Shown here: piece by piece, positions 26,100 through 34,163 of the stretch
Numbering within the stretch: position 1 is the stretch's first letter
Layout of the letters: every line of letters begins with the position of its first letter
Source: an uncultured Methanosarcinales archaeon
GTDB taxonomy: Archaea > Nanobdellota > Nanobdellia > Woesearchaeales > CAZXZL01
Assembly: GCA_964645415.1 (NCBI GenBank)
Contig: CAZXZL010000003.1
Coordinates: forward strand, 4,124 to 42,609
Reading direction: 5' to 3'
Length of the DNA: 38,486 nt
Notes under the pieces: generated by a model
Told to the model about the DNA's origin: nothing
Seen by the model: the letters and a program-made list of their open reading frames with translations, nothing else
Database searches by the model: none
Position numbers and translations under genes: made by a program

Positions 26100-27108
26100 T
26101 TTTTAAATCCTCAATTCTTTTTTTATACTTTTCAATCTCTTTTTCAACATTAACTTTTTTTACTTGATTTGCAACCACTTCCACTCTCTCAAATTGTTTA
26201 TTATAAATTGCTCTTCCATCAACTTCTATATATCTTCCTATCCCTTGATTCTTTATTCCTTCTTCTTTTAACCTTTTCTCTTCTGTTTTTAATAGGTTTT
26301 TAATTGTATTGTTGAAGAAAGTAATTCTTACTCTTTCAGTCCCATCGTCTAAAAATCCACTTATGAAAAATGAATCATCAGGGTCAACTTCTCCATGATC
26401 ATTACATTTTGAAACATTTGATTCTTCTTTTACTCTTTTTTTACATTCTGGACAAACTTTAAATGACCTTGGATCAAATAAATGTACTATGTGTCCTGCT
26501 AATGTAACGTAATGTCTTTTATCATCTTTAATTTGTTTTAAATCATATATTAACTTCTCGTTATAATTATTGTTATAGTTGTTTTGTTTTACTTCAATTT
26601 CTTCTTTTTTCTTTTTAATCTTAGTTTGATTATTTGCAATTAACTCTAAATTACCAAAGTTATTTTTTGATATTCTTAGGTTTTGGAATTCATATACATC
26701 TCCTTCTTTAAAATCTAATTTTTTAAATGTACTAACCATATCGTTCCAAAAAACCATTCTTGTTGTGCCTGTTTCATCACCTGCTTTTATAGATGCAACT
26801 TTTCCTTTAAAAGTTCCATTATCTGTTTGTTTTTCAAAAGAATTCACTTCAGAAACATCAGTTATTTTTAATGTTAAGGAAATATTATTCATTTCTTCAT
26901 TTAAGTCTTTTACTTTTATCTCTTTTCTAAATTCATCTTCGACATCAACACCCATCTCATGAGCGATAATCATTGCAGCACCTTGTTTTGAAACTAATCC
27001 TGCCAACTTATCTATTCTCTCTTCAATTTTCTTTTGAATTTCGCTTTTGTCTTTATCAGTCTTTTCACTAACTATTTCAATTATTTTATCATATGGAACA
27101 GTAATCAT
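26092..27108 (-). CDS. Replication protein A-like ssDNA-binding protein (OB folds plus a Cys4-type zinc element)
   Basis: The N-terminal helical domain ..LAGLVSKQGAAMIIAHEMGV is typical of archaeal RPA/RFA. OB-like segments are present, along with CPECKKRV...CNDHG. The track start 27120 is TTG. I prefer ATG 27108, with GAGGT about 11 nt upstream. Confidence 0.7.
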   Translation of the reverse strand: MITVPYDKIIEIVSEKTDKDKSEIQKKIEERIDKLAGLVSKQGAAMIIAHEMGVDVEDEFRKEIKVKDLNEEMNNISLTLKITDVSEVNSFEKQTDNGTFKGKVASIKAGDETGTTRMVFWNDMVSTFKKLDFKEGDVYEFQNLRISKNNFGNLELIANNQTKIKKKKEEIEVKQNNYNNNYNEKLIYDLKQIKDDKRHYVTLAGHIVHLFDPRSFKVCPECKKRVKEESNVSKCNDHGEVDPDDSFFISGFLDDGTERVRITFFNNTIKNLLKTEEKRLKEEGIKNQGIGRYIEVDGRAIYNKQFERVEVVANQVKKVNVEKEIEKYKKRIEDLKNE

Positions 27109-27225
27109 TTGAAAAATCAACCTCTTTTATTGAGTTAATAGTATTATCAGTATAATAATTTACCCATCTTATTTAAATTTTTCAGAATTTTTTTTATTTT
27201 TTTATAAACTTCTCTTATTTTTTAA

Positions 27226-27499
27226 CTTAGATGATTTAATCTCAATCTTTATCACAATTTTTATCAATTACTAAAAACAAAGTTTTTAGAATCTTTAAAT
27301 CAAAGATTTAATAGAAATTGGTAAGGATGGTACCATTCTAACGAATGGCACGGTAGTTTCTATAGTTATTCTATTTTATTACTGTTTCTGTTTTTATAAA
27401 CTTCTATTATTCCATTTCTAGAGGATTTTGATTTCTACATCATCGAAGATAAAAAGAGATTTCTACTTTCTTTAGCTAAAGCGAATACTACTTTCAAAG
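27226..27499 (+). repeat. Intergenic repeat family, copy B
   Basis: It has the same ordered blocks as copy A: cttagatgattt at 27226, aaggatggtac at 27323, gattttgatttctac, and the palindrome ctttagctaaag at 27470-27481. It also carries an internal insertion and a local duplication of gatttctac. Confidence 0.8.
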
Positions 27500-27587
27500 A
27501 AAAAAGAACGTAGATTATTTATTTGCACAATTATTTTATAATTTAAATTTAATAAAATTATTTTTATTTATTAAAAAATCAAAAGTA

Positions 27588-27596
27588 TTTTATATA
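27588..27596 (+). promoter_or_regulatory. Candidate TATA box for tRNA-Leu
   Basis: tttatata is preceded by a purine-rich aaaag (BRE-like) and lies about 26-34 nt upstream of the mature tRNA 5' end at 27622. The AT-rich background makes chance matches likely. Confidence 0.35.
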
Positions 27597-27621
27597 ATAT
27601 GTTTTTTTAGTTCATGTTGAT

Positions 27622-27707
27622 GTGGGGGTGCCGGAGTCTGGTCAATCGGGCAGGACTTAAGATCCTGTGGTTCAGTGCCTTCGTGGGTTCAAATCCCATC
27701 CCCCACA
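27622..27707 (+). tRNA. tRNA-Leu (anticodon TAA), class II
   Basis: Acceptor is GTGGGGG/CCCCCAC with discriminator A. Anticodon stem is CAGGA/TCCTG with loop CTTAAGA. It has a long variable arm and a T arm GTGGG-TTCAAAT-CCCAT. Confidence 0.85.
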
Positions 27708-27768
27708 TTTTGTTCTTTTTTAACATATTTTCGAAATTATTAAATACTTCAAAAAACAATAGTTCTAT

Positions 27769-28326
27769 ATGACTTTTTCTTTGAAAAAAGAATGGTACGG
27801 ATTTAAAAAAGAATTTTCTTCTTCTGTTTTTAAAGATTATTTTTTTATAACTACTGTTTTAACTTTCTTACTTTCATTTATTTTACTTTTAATAAATATT
27901 AACTGGAATTCTCATATTAATGATGTTTTTTTTAACTTTAATTCTTCTTTTAGGTTTTTAATTACTTTTTTCTCTTTCTCCTTATTATTTTACTTATTTA
28001 GATTTATAGAATATTTTATCTTTGGTTCTATCTTTTCTAATGAATATTTTAGAAAAAAGTTTACAAAAAGTTTATTTTTCTCTTTTATAATATATTATTT
28101 AGCTTGGTTTTTAATTATAATTAGTTCTTTTTTAGATAGTATGATTATTTTAGTATTAGGAATTATTTTATTTTCTCTTTCAATCTATATAACTATATTA
28201 AATCTTGAAAAGAATTTTTTATTAGATAAATTAAAATCAATATTAATTACTGGATTCATTTTCGTTATTAACTTTTTTTTATTTTTTGAGATAATTAATT
28301 TTACTTTTTCAATACTTTCTTTTTAA
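27769..28326 (+). CDS. Polytopic membrane protein (F/L/I-rich, unknown function)
   Basis: 185-aa ORF with four or more hydrophobic segments and no recognisable motif. Confidence 0.5.
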   Translation: MTFSLKKEWYGFKKEFSSSVFKDYFFITTVLTFLLSFILLLININWNSHINDVFFNFNSSFRFLITFFSFSLLFYLFRFIEYFIFGSIFSNEYFRKKFTKSLFFSFIIYYLAWFLIIISSFLDSMIILVLGIILFSLSIYITILNLEKNFLLDKLKSILITGFIFVINFFLFFEIINFTFSILSF

Positions 28327-28329
28327 TTT

Positions 28330-28989
28330 ATGAAAAAATTATATATATTTAATTACTTTTTACTTTCTATGAATTATTTTGAAATGAAAAAAAAAGAAGC
28401 AATCGATTTTTTAAAAGGTAATGCCTCCGATAATTCACAAAAAGGTAAAGTTGATGTTCAAATTAAACCTTTACTTGAGGTAATTAATGGTATAAATGAA
28501 TTTTATACTACAAGCTCTTGTGCTGGAAGAATTAATTTATTACAACTTAGGTCAGGAAAAAATGATAGTGATTGGATTTATATGACTCATAAGGTTATTT
28601 CTTTAGATTCTATTGATGAGATATGTGACTTAATTAAGTCTTCTTCTGGTGAAATCTGGTTTAAAATGGAAAGTCCTATTTTACACGTTTGTGCATCATC
28701 ATTAGATTATGCAGATAAGTTTTTACATATTGCAAATATGTCTGGTTTTAAAAGATCAGGTATTATTTCTACTTCAAAAAGAATAATGATTGAATGTTTA
28801 TCTACAGAGAAAGTAGAAATCCCTTTTAGATATAAAGACGAATTATTAATTGATGATAATCTTAAGTCTTATTTAACAAAAATTATTAAAATTTCTAACA
28901 AACGCTTGAAACGTTCGAGAAAAAAAATTGCTAATTTTGAAGAAAAATTAAAAAATAATTTTGCTGTGAGTGATTATCGAAATATTTAA
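28330..28989 (+). CDS. taw3: tRNA wybutosine/wyosine-synthesis methyltransferase Taw3 (TYW3 family)
   Basis: The FYTTSSCAGRI motif matches the family's SSCSGRI signature, and W..FKMESPILHV is also present. The true start is probably downstream, at MNYFEM at 28372 or MKKKEA at 28387. Confidence 0.7.
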   Translation: MKKLYIFNYFLLSMNYFEMKKKEAIDFLKGNASDNSQKGKVDVQIKPLLEVINGINEFYTTSSCAGRINLLQLRSGKNDSDWIYMTHKVISLDSIDEICDLIKSSSGEIWFKMESPILHVCASSLDYADKFLHIANMSGFKRSGIISTSKRIMIECLSTEKVEIPFRYKDELLIDDNLKSYLTKIIKISNKRLKRSRKKIANFEEKLKNNFAVSDYRNI

Positions 28990-29028
28990 ATGTTATAAGA
29001 AAACTTTATATTAATATTGGTGAGCCTT

Positions 29029-29547
29029 ATGTTTAAAAAATCTCAGATCCATACTGAAGTCTTTGTCTATATCTTGGCCCTTGTTATTGTCAGTTTTATC
29101 GTAGTATATGGATATAGTGCTGCAAGAGACTTTCAAGAAACAACTCATCAAGTTAATTTATTAACATTTAAAACAGAACTAGAAGGACAATTATCTTCTT
29201 ATGTTGGTGACCTTGGTTCTAGACGTAATAAAGAAGTTCGTGTTCCACAAGGTTTTGATGAGGTTTGTTTTGTTGATTTAACGATGGACTTTGAGGATTA
29301 TGAAAATCAAGATGATCTTTGGGAAGGTTTGGCCAATGATTATCCTCTAATATTTACTTCTTGGATGAATCAAGTTTCAGGAAATATTTTTCTTTTAAGA
29401 GGTGGAGTTCCAGAATTTATTCTTTACGTTCCCGATATGGAACTTGAATCAGAGAGGGTTTTTATATGTGAGGAGATTCTTGGTAGAAATTTAGAGTATT
29501 CTTTTAGAGGTAAAGGGGGTTCTGTTGAGGTTACAGGTATTAACTAA
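29029..29547 (+). CDS. Pilin-like N-terminus protein (minor-pilin candidate)
   Basis: The track start 29017 is TTG. I prefer ATG 29029, with GGTGA at 29019-29023. The N-terminus is MFKKSQIHTEVFVYILALVIVSFIVVYGY. Confidence 0.6.
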   Translation: MFKKSQIHTEVFVYILALVIVSFIVVYGYSAARDFQETTHQVNLLTFKTELEGQLSSYVGDLGSRRNKEVRVPQGFDEVCFVDLTMDFEDYENQDDLWEGLANDYPLIFTSWMNQVSGNIFLLRGGVPEFILYVPDMELESERVFICEEILGRNLEYSFRGKGGSVEVTGIN

Positions 29548-29549
29548 TA

Positions 29550-30617
29550 ATGGTAATGAAAATATTTAATAAAAAAGCAGGAATTATGGATGCCCAATTT
29601 GGTTGGGTATTTGCATTTATGATTGGAGTTATTATACTGTCTTTATTTACTGCTGTCGCTTTTCAAATTAGAAGTTCTTCTCAACAAAGAATATCTTATG
29701 AAATTCTAAAAACATTTAGATCTGTTTTTACTTCAGGTGGTACTGAAGTTGGGAGATTTTTTCAACTTGATTTAGTAAATGTGATTATGGATTATTCTTG
29801 TGTTGGAGGTGAGACATCTATTTCAGTTGAGGGGTTTTCTGAAGAGATACCTCTTGTTGTTTTTTCTCAAGAAAATTTAATTGGTAATCGATTTTATATA
29901 TATTCTACTGAATGGGATGTACCTTTTTTATCTAATTCAGTTGTATACTTGGCTTCAGAAAATTTTTATTTTTATATGGTTGAACCAAATGAAACTAGCT
30001 CTAATTATGATTCTTACAGAAGAGCAGTTGAATCTATTCCAAGTAGGTTTCCTTTTGGAATTATTGAAGAAGGTGAAGAAGTAAATGTTCCAGAAGAGGC
30101 AGATACAAGAGTAATAGTTTTTGAAGATATAGAAGAGGAATATAATTCAAATCTTAATGGTTTTTTTGAAGATAATTTTCCTAATTCTGTTATTGAAGTA
30201 TCTCCTGATTTATCTTCGGGTAGTTTTTTTGGTAATTTAACATATTATGATTATGGTGATTACAATAATCCCATTTCTCAAGAGCATTATTTTGGGACTC
30301 CTCTTTTAGTAGGTTCTTTTTTATCCTCTTCTGAGAACTATCGGTGTTTTTTTGATGAGATGGTTAATGACTTAGAAAATGTTCTTGATCTTTTTAAAAG
30401 ACGTTCTGAAAGATTAGTTGATTATTATAATAATGCTGATGATTATGATTGTTTTTATGTATATAATAAATTAATTGAGAAAATAGAAGATTATGAGAAT
30501 TTAATAAATAATTTTGATTATAATTATGATTCCTTTAAAAATTGGTATGATTTATATGATGGAATATTTAATATGAAGAATGAAGCAGATACTAAATCTT
30601 GTGAGGTGGTTTACTAA
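29550..30617 (+). CDS. Pilin-like N-terminus protein (minor-pilin candidate, 355 aa)
   Basis: The N-terminus is MVMKIFNKKAGIMDAQFGWVFAFMIGVIILSLF. The start lies 3 nt after the upstream stop. Confidence 0.6.
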   Translation: MVMKIFNKKAGIMDAQFGWVFAFMIGVIILSLFTAVAFQIRSSSQQRISYEILKTFRSVFTSGGTEVGRFFQLDLVNVIMDYSCVGGETSISVEGFSEEIPLVVFSQENLIGNRFYIYSTEWDVPFLSNSVVYLASENFYFYMVEPNETSSNYDSYRRAVESIPSRFPFGIIEEGEEVNVPEEADTRVIVFEDIEEEYNSNLNGFFEDNFPNSVIEVSPDLSSGSFFGNLTYYDYGDYNNPISQEHYFGTPLLVGSFLSSSENYRCFFDEMVNDLENVLDLFKRRSERLVDYYNNADDYDCFYVYNKLIEKIEDYENLINNFDYNYDSFKNWYDLYDGIFNMKNEADTKSCEVVY

Positions 30618-31099
30618 TGAAAAAATCACAGATTAAAATGGCTGAAACAGTATCTGTTCTTGTTATTTTTATTCTTGTCACTTTTATAGGATTCATTTTT
30701 TACTCTAACTATGAACAGACTCAATTAAGGAGAATTGAAAATAGATTTTCTGAATATGCTTCATTAGAAACTGTTCAATTGATAACATATCTTCCTGAGT
30801 TAAGATGTCCAACTACTGAAATGTCAAGAGGTTGTATTGATCTTTTAAAACTTAAATCTTTTATTAATAAAAGTGATGAAGGTCAAGAAGAGTTTCTTTT
30901 AGATTATATTGATACTTTAGGAAATAGTCGGATTCAGTTAAAAACTCATTATCCGAATAATTATTCTTTTTTAGTTTTTGATAACCTGCAAGAGGATGCA
31001 CCAAGAATTGATACTACATTTGTTCATGTTTCTTTGTATGATCCATTAAATTCAACTTATAATTATGGTGTTTTGGAGGTGGAACATGCTTCAAATTAA
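30617..31099 (+). CDS. Pilin-like N-terminus protein (minor-pilin candidate)
   Basis: The N-terminus is MKKSQIKMAETVSVLVIFILVTFIGFIFY. There is a TAATG stop/start overlap and a GAGGTGG site upstream. Confidence 0.6.
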   Translation: MKKSQIKMAETVSVLVIFILVTFIGFIFYSNYEQTQLRRIENRFSEYASLETVQLITYLPELRCPTTEMSRGCIDLLKLKSFINKSDEGQEEFLLDYIDTLGNSRIQLKTHYPNNYSFLVFDNLQEDAPRIDTTFVHVSLYDPLNSTYNYGVLEVEHASN

Positions 31100-31544
31100 T
31101 TCTAAATTTGGACAAACTGAAATAATTGGTTTACTTGTATTTATTTTATTATTATTTTTAGGGGTACTATTTGTTGTAATGAATTCTTTAGGTGATTCTG
31201 GTACTTTGCGAGAGGATTTTAGATATTCAGTATATGCTAGATCCTCACTTAATACTTTTTTATCAATGACTTTAGATGATGGTAGAGATTATTCAGAATT
31301 ACTTGTGGATAGTATTTCTGATGAGGATGAAGGAAATATTGATTATTTGAGTAATGTCTCTTTTGATATCTTAAATGAGACTTTTATTTATATGAATCAA
31401 GATTTTCATTACACAGTTGTTCACGAAGATGAATATTACATTGATTTAGGTCCTGGTTGTGCTGGTCGTAATACTGAAGCATCTAATTACCCTATCCCTG
31501 TTGGAGATGGTACTACTGTTTATTTTCAGATGGAAGTTTGTTAA
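31086..31544 (+). CDS. Pilin-like N-terminus protein (minor-pilin candidate)
   Basis: The track ORF starts at 31065. I prefer ATG 31086 (MLQINSKFGQTEIIGLLVFILLLFLGVLFVV), preceded by GGAGGTGG. It overlaps the upstream gene by 14 nt. Confidence 0.55.
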   Translation: MLQINSKFGQTEIIGLLVFILLLFLGVLFVVMNSLGDSGTLREDFRYSVYARSSLNTFLSMTLDDGRDYSELLVDSISDEDEGNIDYLSNVSFDILNETFIYMNQDFHYTVVHEDEYYIDLGPGCAGRNTEASNYPIPVGDGTTVYFQMEVC

Positions 31545-31592
31545 TAATTGATGCGAAATCTTTTTATATTATAATTATTGTTTTAGGTACAT

Positions 31593-31862
31593 ATGGTAAA
31601 TATCACAAAAAAATCAGAAGGTCTTAGTATGAATCTTATTGTTATCACTGCTATTGCTCTTGTTGTTTTAGTTGTACTTGTAGCAGTATTCACTGGAAGA
31701 ATGGGAGGTTTCACTTCTGATGTTGATTCTGGTACCCAATGTGTGGAAGGTTTTGGAGGAGAATGTGTTTCTGAAGACTCAGACATAGGAGATAGAGAAA
31801 TTTTAGGTTATGGTGAGTTAGTAGGTTGTGATGATAATCAAATTTGTGTAGAGCGAGAATAA
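31593..31862 (+). CDS. Mini-pilin 1 of 4 (class III signal peptide, Cys4 C-terminal domain)
   Basis: MVNITKKSEG-LSMNLIVITAIALVVLVVLVAVFTGRMGGFT is followed by a roughly 45-aa acidic domain with 4 Cys. It is paralogous to the next three genes. Confidence 0.75.
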   Translation: MVNITKKSEGLSMNLIVITAIALVVLVVLVAVFTGRMGGFTSDVDSGTQCVEGFGGECVSEDSDIGDREILGYGELVGCDDNQICVERE

Positions 31863-31889
31863 TTATAATTAATTTTGAGGTGTATAATA

Positions 31890-32156
31890 ATGAAAAAAGG
31901 TCAAGGATTAAGTATGAATGTTGTTGTAATCGCAGCTGTTGCTGTTATTGTTTTAGTAGTTTTAGTTGCAATCTTTACTGGACAGATGGGAGGTTTCACT
32001 GAAGGTCTTGAAGGAACAACTGAGTGTGAAAGTATAGGTGGAACTCAATGTTATGATGAAGAGAGTTTACCTGAAAATCATACTATTATTGGAAGAGGTT
32101 CTGGTGCAGGTTGTGAAGATGAAGATCAACCAATTTGTGCAAGAGATGATGGTTAG
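31890..32156 (+). CDS. Mini-pilin 2 of 4
   Basis: The track start 31875 is TTG. I prefer ATG 31890, after GAGGTG. The sequence is MKKGQG-LSMNVVVIAAVAVIVLVVLVAIFTGQMGGFT followed by a Cys4 domain. Confidence 0.75.
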   Translation: MKKGQGLSMNVVVIAAVAVIVLVVLVAIFTGQMGGFTEGLEGTTECESIGGTQCYDEESLPENHTIIGRGSGAGCEDEDQPICARDDG

Positions 32157-32189
32157 TAAAATTTAACTTTTTTATAATTTAATTTGAAA

Positions 32190-32453
32190 ATGAAAAAAAG
32201 TCAAGGTCTTAGTATGAATGTAATTGTAATTAGTGCTGTTGCTTTAGTAGTATTAGTAGTTTTAGTTGCAATTTTCACTGGACAGATGGGAGGTTTCACT
32301 TCTGATGTTGATTCTGGTACTAGTTGTGAAACTGGTTTTGGTGGTGAATGTATGTCTGAAGATGATTCTAATTTACTTAATGGTACTATTTTAGGTAGAG
32401 GAGAATCAGTTGGTTGTGAACCTAATGAAGTTTGTTTTAGTGAGAACAATTAA
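32190..32453 (+). CDS. Mini-pilin 3 of 4
   Basis: The track start 32184 is TTG and the ATG is at 32190. The sequence is MKKSQG-LSMNVIVISAVALVVLVVLVAIFTGQMGGFT followed by a Cys4 domain. A 35-nt tract (32286-32320) is identical to 31701-31735. Confidence 0.75.
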   Translation: MKKSQGLSMNVIVISAVALVVLVVLVAIFTGQMGGFTSDVDSGTSCETGFGGECMSEDDSNLLNGTILGRGESVGCEPNEVCFSENN

Positions 32454-32471
32454 TTTTTTTAGTTGATATTT

Positions 32472-32723
32472 ATGAAAAAAGGTTATTCGTTAAGTATGAG
32501 TGTTATTGTTACAACAGTCTTAGCATTAATTGTATTAGTAATATTAATTGCAGCTTTTACAGATTATGTTGGCGATGCTGGTGATGACATTGAACATTTA
32601 GACAATGATTGTGAAGTTGCAGGTGGGACATGTGTTTCACAAAGAGATAGTGAATGTAGAGATATAGGAGGATTTGTTATTGATAGAGATTGTCCTTCAA
32701 ATCAATTTTGTTGTATGGTATAA
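32472..32723 (+). CDS. Mini-pilin 4 of 4 (divergent, 6-7 Cys)
   Basis: The track start 32463 is TTG and the ATG is at 32472. The sequence is MKKGYS-LSMSVIVTTVLALIVLVILIAAF followed by a Cys-rich domain ending in CCMV. Confidence 0.7.
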   Translation: MKKGYSLSMSVIVTTVLALIVLVILIAAFTDYVGDAGDDIEHLDNDCEVAGGTCVSQRDSECRDIGGFVIDRDCPSNQFCCMV

Positions 32724-32733
32724 TTTTTTAATT

Positions 32734-32740
32734 GAGGTGA
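32734..32740 (+). promoter_or_regulatory. Shine-Dalgarno site (GAGGTGA)
   Basis: It lies 8 nt upstream of ATG 32749. Confidence 0.55.
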
Positions 32741-32748
32741 GTCTTTAA

Positions 32749-33441
32749 ATGTATGGTATAGAAACTTTAGGGAATTCTATTTGGTATCCGCTTAAATCCT
32801 TTGGGATTGGTTTAATTGAATTTATTCCACAACTTTTAGCAGCAATTATTGTGCTGGTATTTGGTTATTTTTTAGGTGTTTTATTAGAAAAAGGAATAAA
32901 GAAATTAATGAATTGGTTGAAGATTGATAAAGAATTTACAATTGATGATTATCATGGTTTTACAGCAAACATGTCTTTAGAAAAGACAGTTTCTGCGATT
33001 GCAAAATGGTATGTATTTATACTATTTGTTCAAGCAGCACTTCCTTTACTAAATTTAGGTGCGTTAAATGATTTTGCAAACCAATTTGTTTTATGGCTTC
33101 CAAATCTAATTGCTGGTGTAGTAATTGTCTTATTTGGCCTATATGTATCTGATTTTTTAGGAAAAGAGCTTTCAAATGTTAGAAATAAAGTTAGGAGTAA
33201 GCTTGCAGAACTTGGAAGATATTTACTTGCTTTTATATTCATTCTAGTTGGTCTTGAGCAAGTGGGTATTAAAGTAGCAGTTGTTCAGCAAACATGGCTT
33301 ATTATGTTTTCTGGTGTCGCTTTAGCTTTTGGTTTAGCTATTGGATTAGGTTTTGGACTTGGCATGAAAGAATATGCTAAGGAAATAATTGAAGAACTCC
33401 AAATGAAATATCGACATCAACATGATGAGGAAGCTAACTAA
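32749..33441 (+). CDS. Membrane protein with two conserved-TM-helix repeats (mechanosensitive-channel-associated TM_helix family-like)
   Basis: Two copies of the pattern (F/W)-(I/L)-P-x-L-(L/I)-A-x-(I/V)-(I/V)-V-L-x-F-G are present: LIEFIPQLLAAIIVLVFGYFLG and VLWLPNLIAGVVIVLFGLYVS. The pattern is recalled from the TM_helix repeat family. Confidence 0.5.
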   Translation: MYGIETLGNSIWYPLKSFGIGLIEFIPQLLAAIIVLVFGYFLGVLLEKGIKKLMNWLKIDKEFTIDDYHGFTANMSLEKTVSAIAKWYVFILFVQAALPLLNLGALNDFANQFVLWLPNLIAGVVIVLFGLYVSDFLGKELSNVRNKVRSKLAELGRYLLAFIFILVGLEQVGIKVAVVQQTWLIMFSGVALAFGLAIGLGFGLGMKEYAKEIIEELQMKYRHQHDEEAN

Positions 33442-33490
33442 AGATAAATTTGATATTTATCTTTGATTTTTTTTCTTTTTTTCTTTATTT
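33442..33490 (+). terminator. Hairpin plus T-tract terminator-like element
   Basis: The stem is AGATAAAT (33442-33449) paired with ATTTATCT (33455-33462) around a 5-nt loop. A T-rich run (ttgattttttttcttttttt) follows, directly after the stop at 33441. Confidence 0.45.
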
Positions 33491-33664
33491 TTTCTATTCT
33501 CTTTTCAATATATTTCAAACACAAAAATTAGTATATTTTTTTCTTATTTAGCTTTAATTATAAGTGTGAATCTTTTAAAGTACAATATTCACACTTTAAA
33601 AAACTTTTTATAAACTTTAATTATTAAACTAAAGTCTATTGTTTTAAAAACTTAAGAGGTTAAA

Positions 33665-34156
33665 ATGGAAAAAGAAAATAAAAAGAAATTTTTGATGACA
33701 GGATTTGTTGGTTTATTATTAGGAATATTTTTAATTTCAGTATTAATGTTTTTATCTGCACCATCTTTAATGATGATTGAATCTGAAAGTATGTATGACT
33801 TTGATGAAACTGTTAGTAGATTTAAAGAAATAGTTAATCAATCTGACTGGGGAATTTTAAATACTCATGATATGCAAGAAGTAAAGTCAAATTTAGGTTA
33901 TGATGTTTTACCAGTAAAAGTTTTTGATCTTTGTAGTGGCGAGTACTCTTATGAAATTTTAAAAAATGATGATGAAAGGATTGTTACTCCTATGATGCCT
34001 TGTAGAGTATCTATTTATGAAAAAAGTAATGGAAATACATACATTGGTATGATGAATTCTGGTTTAGTTGCAAGGTTATTTGGTGGAACAATAAATGAAG
34101 TAATGCAAAAAGCAACTGTTGAAACAAGAGAAATTGTTAATCAATTAACTGTATAG
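33665..34156 (+). CDS. DUF302-domain protein with an N-terminal TM anchor
   Basis: 163 aa. ..FDETVSRFKEIVNQSDWGILNTHDMQ....LPVKVFDLC....MPCRVSIYE matches the DUF302 pattern. An AGAGGT Shine-Dalgarno site is present. Confidence 0.6.
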   Translation: MEKENKKKFLMTGFVGLLLGIFLISVLMFLSAPSLMMIESESMYDFDETVSRFKEIVNQSDWGILNTHDMQEVKSNLGYDVLPVKVFDLCSGEYSYEILKNDDERIVTPMMPCRVSIYEKSNGNTYIGMMNSGLVARLFGGTINEVMQKATVETREIVNQLTV

Positions 34157-34163
34157 TTAGTTT

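Noticed and set aside
12796-27499. Direct repeats A and B, each next to a tRNA gene, considered as att sites of an integrated mobile element carrying the giant-protein operon.
   Set aside because: There is no integrase, transposase or other mobility gene between them. The repeats do not overlap the tRNA genes, they are long, diverged and mosaic rather than short exact att duplications, and a third inverted copy exists elsewhere.
31583-32449. Antisense ORFs 31583-31786 and 32201-32449 opposite mini-pilin genes 1 and 3. They resemble each other, which could suggest a real antisense gene family.
   Set aside because: Their mutual similarity is simply the mirror image of the paralogy between the sense-strand pilin genes. 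The sense frames carry the class III signal pattern and the conserved Cys.
33564-33594. The inverted repeat GTGTGAAT-(15 nt)-ATTCACAC upstream of the DUF302 gene, considered as an operator or riboswitch-like element.
   Set aside because: It is a single 8-bp stem in AT-rich DNA with no second copy or conserved context visible. That is too weak to call.
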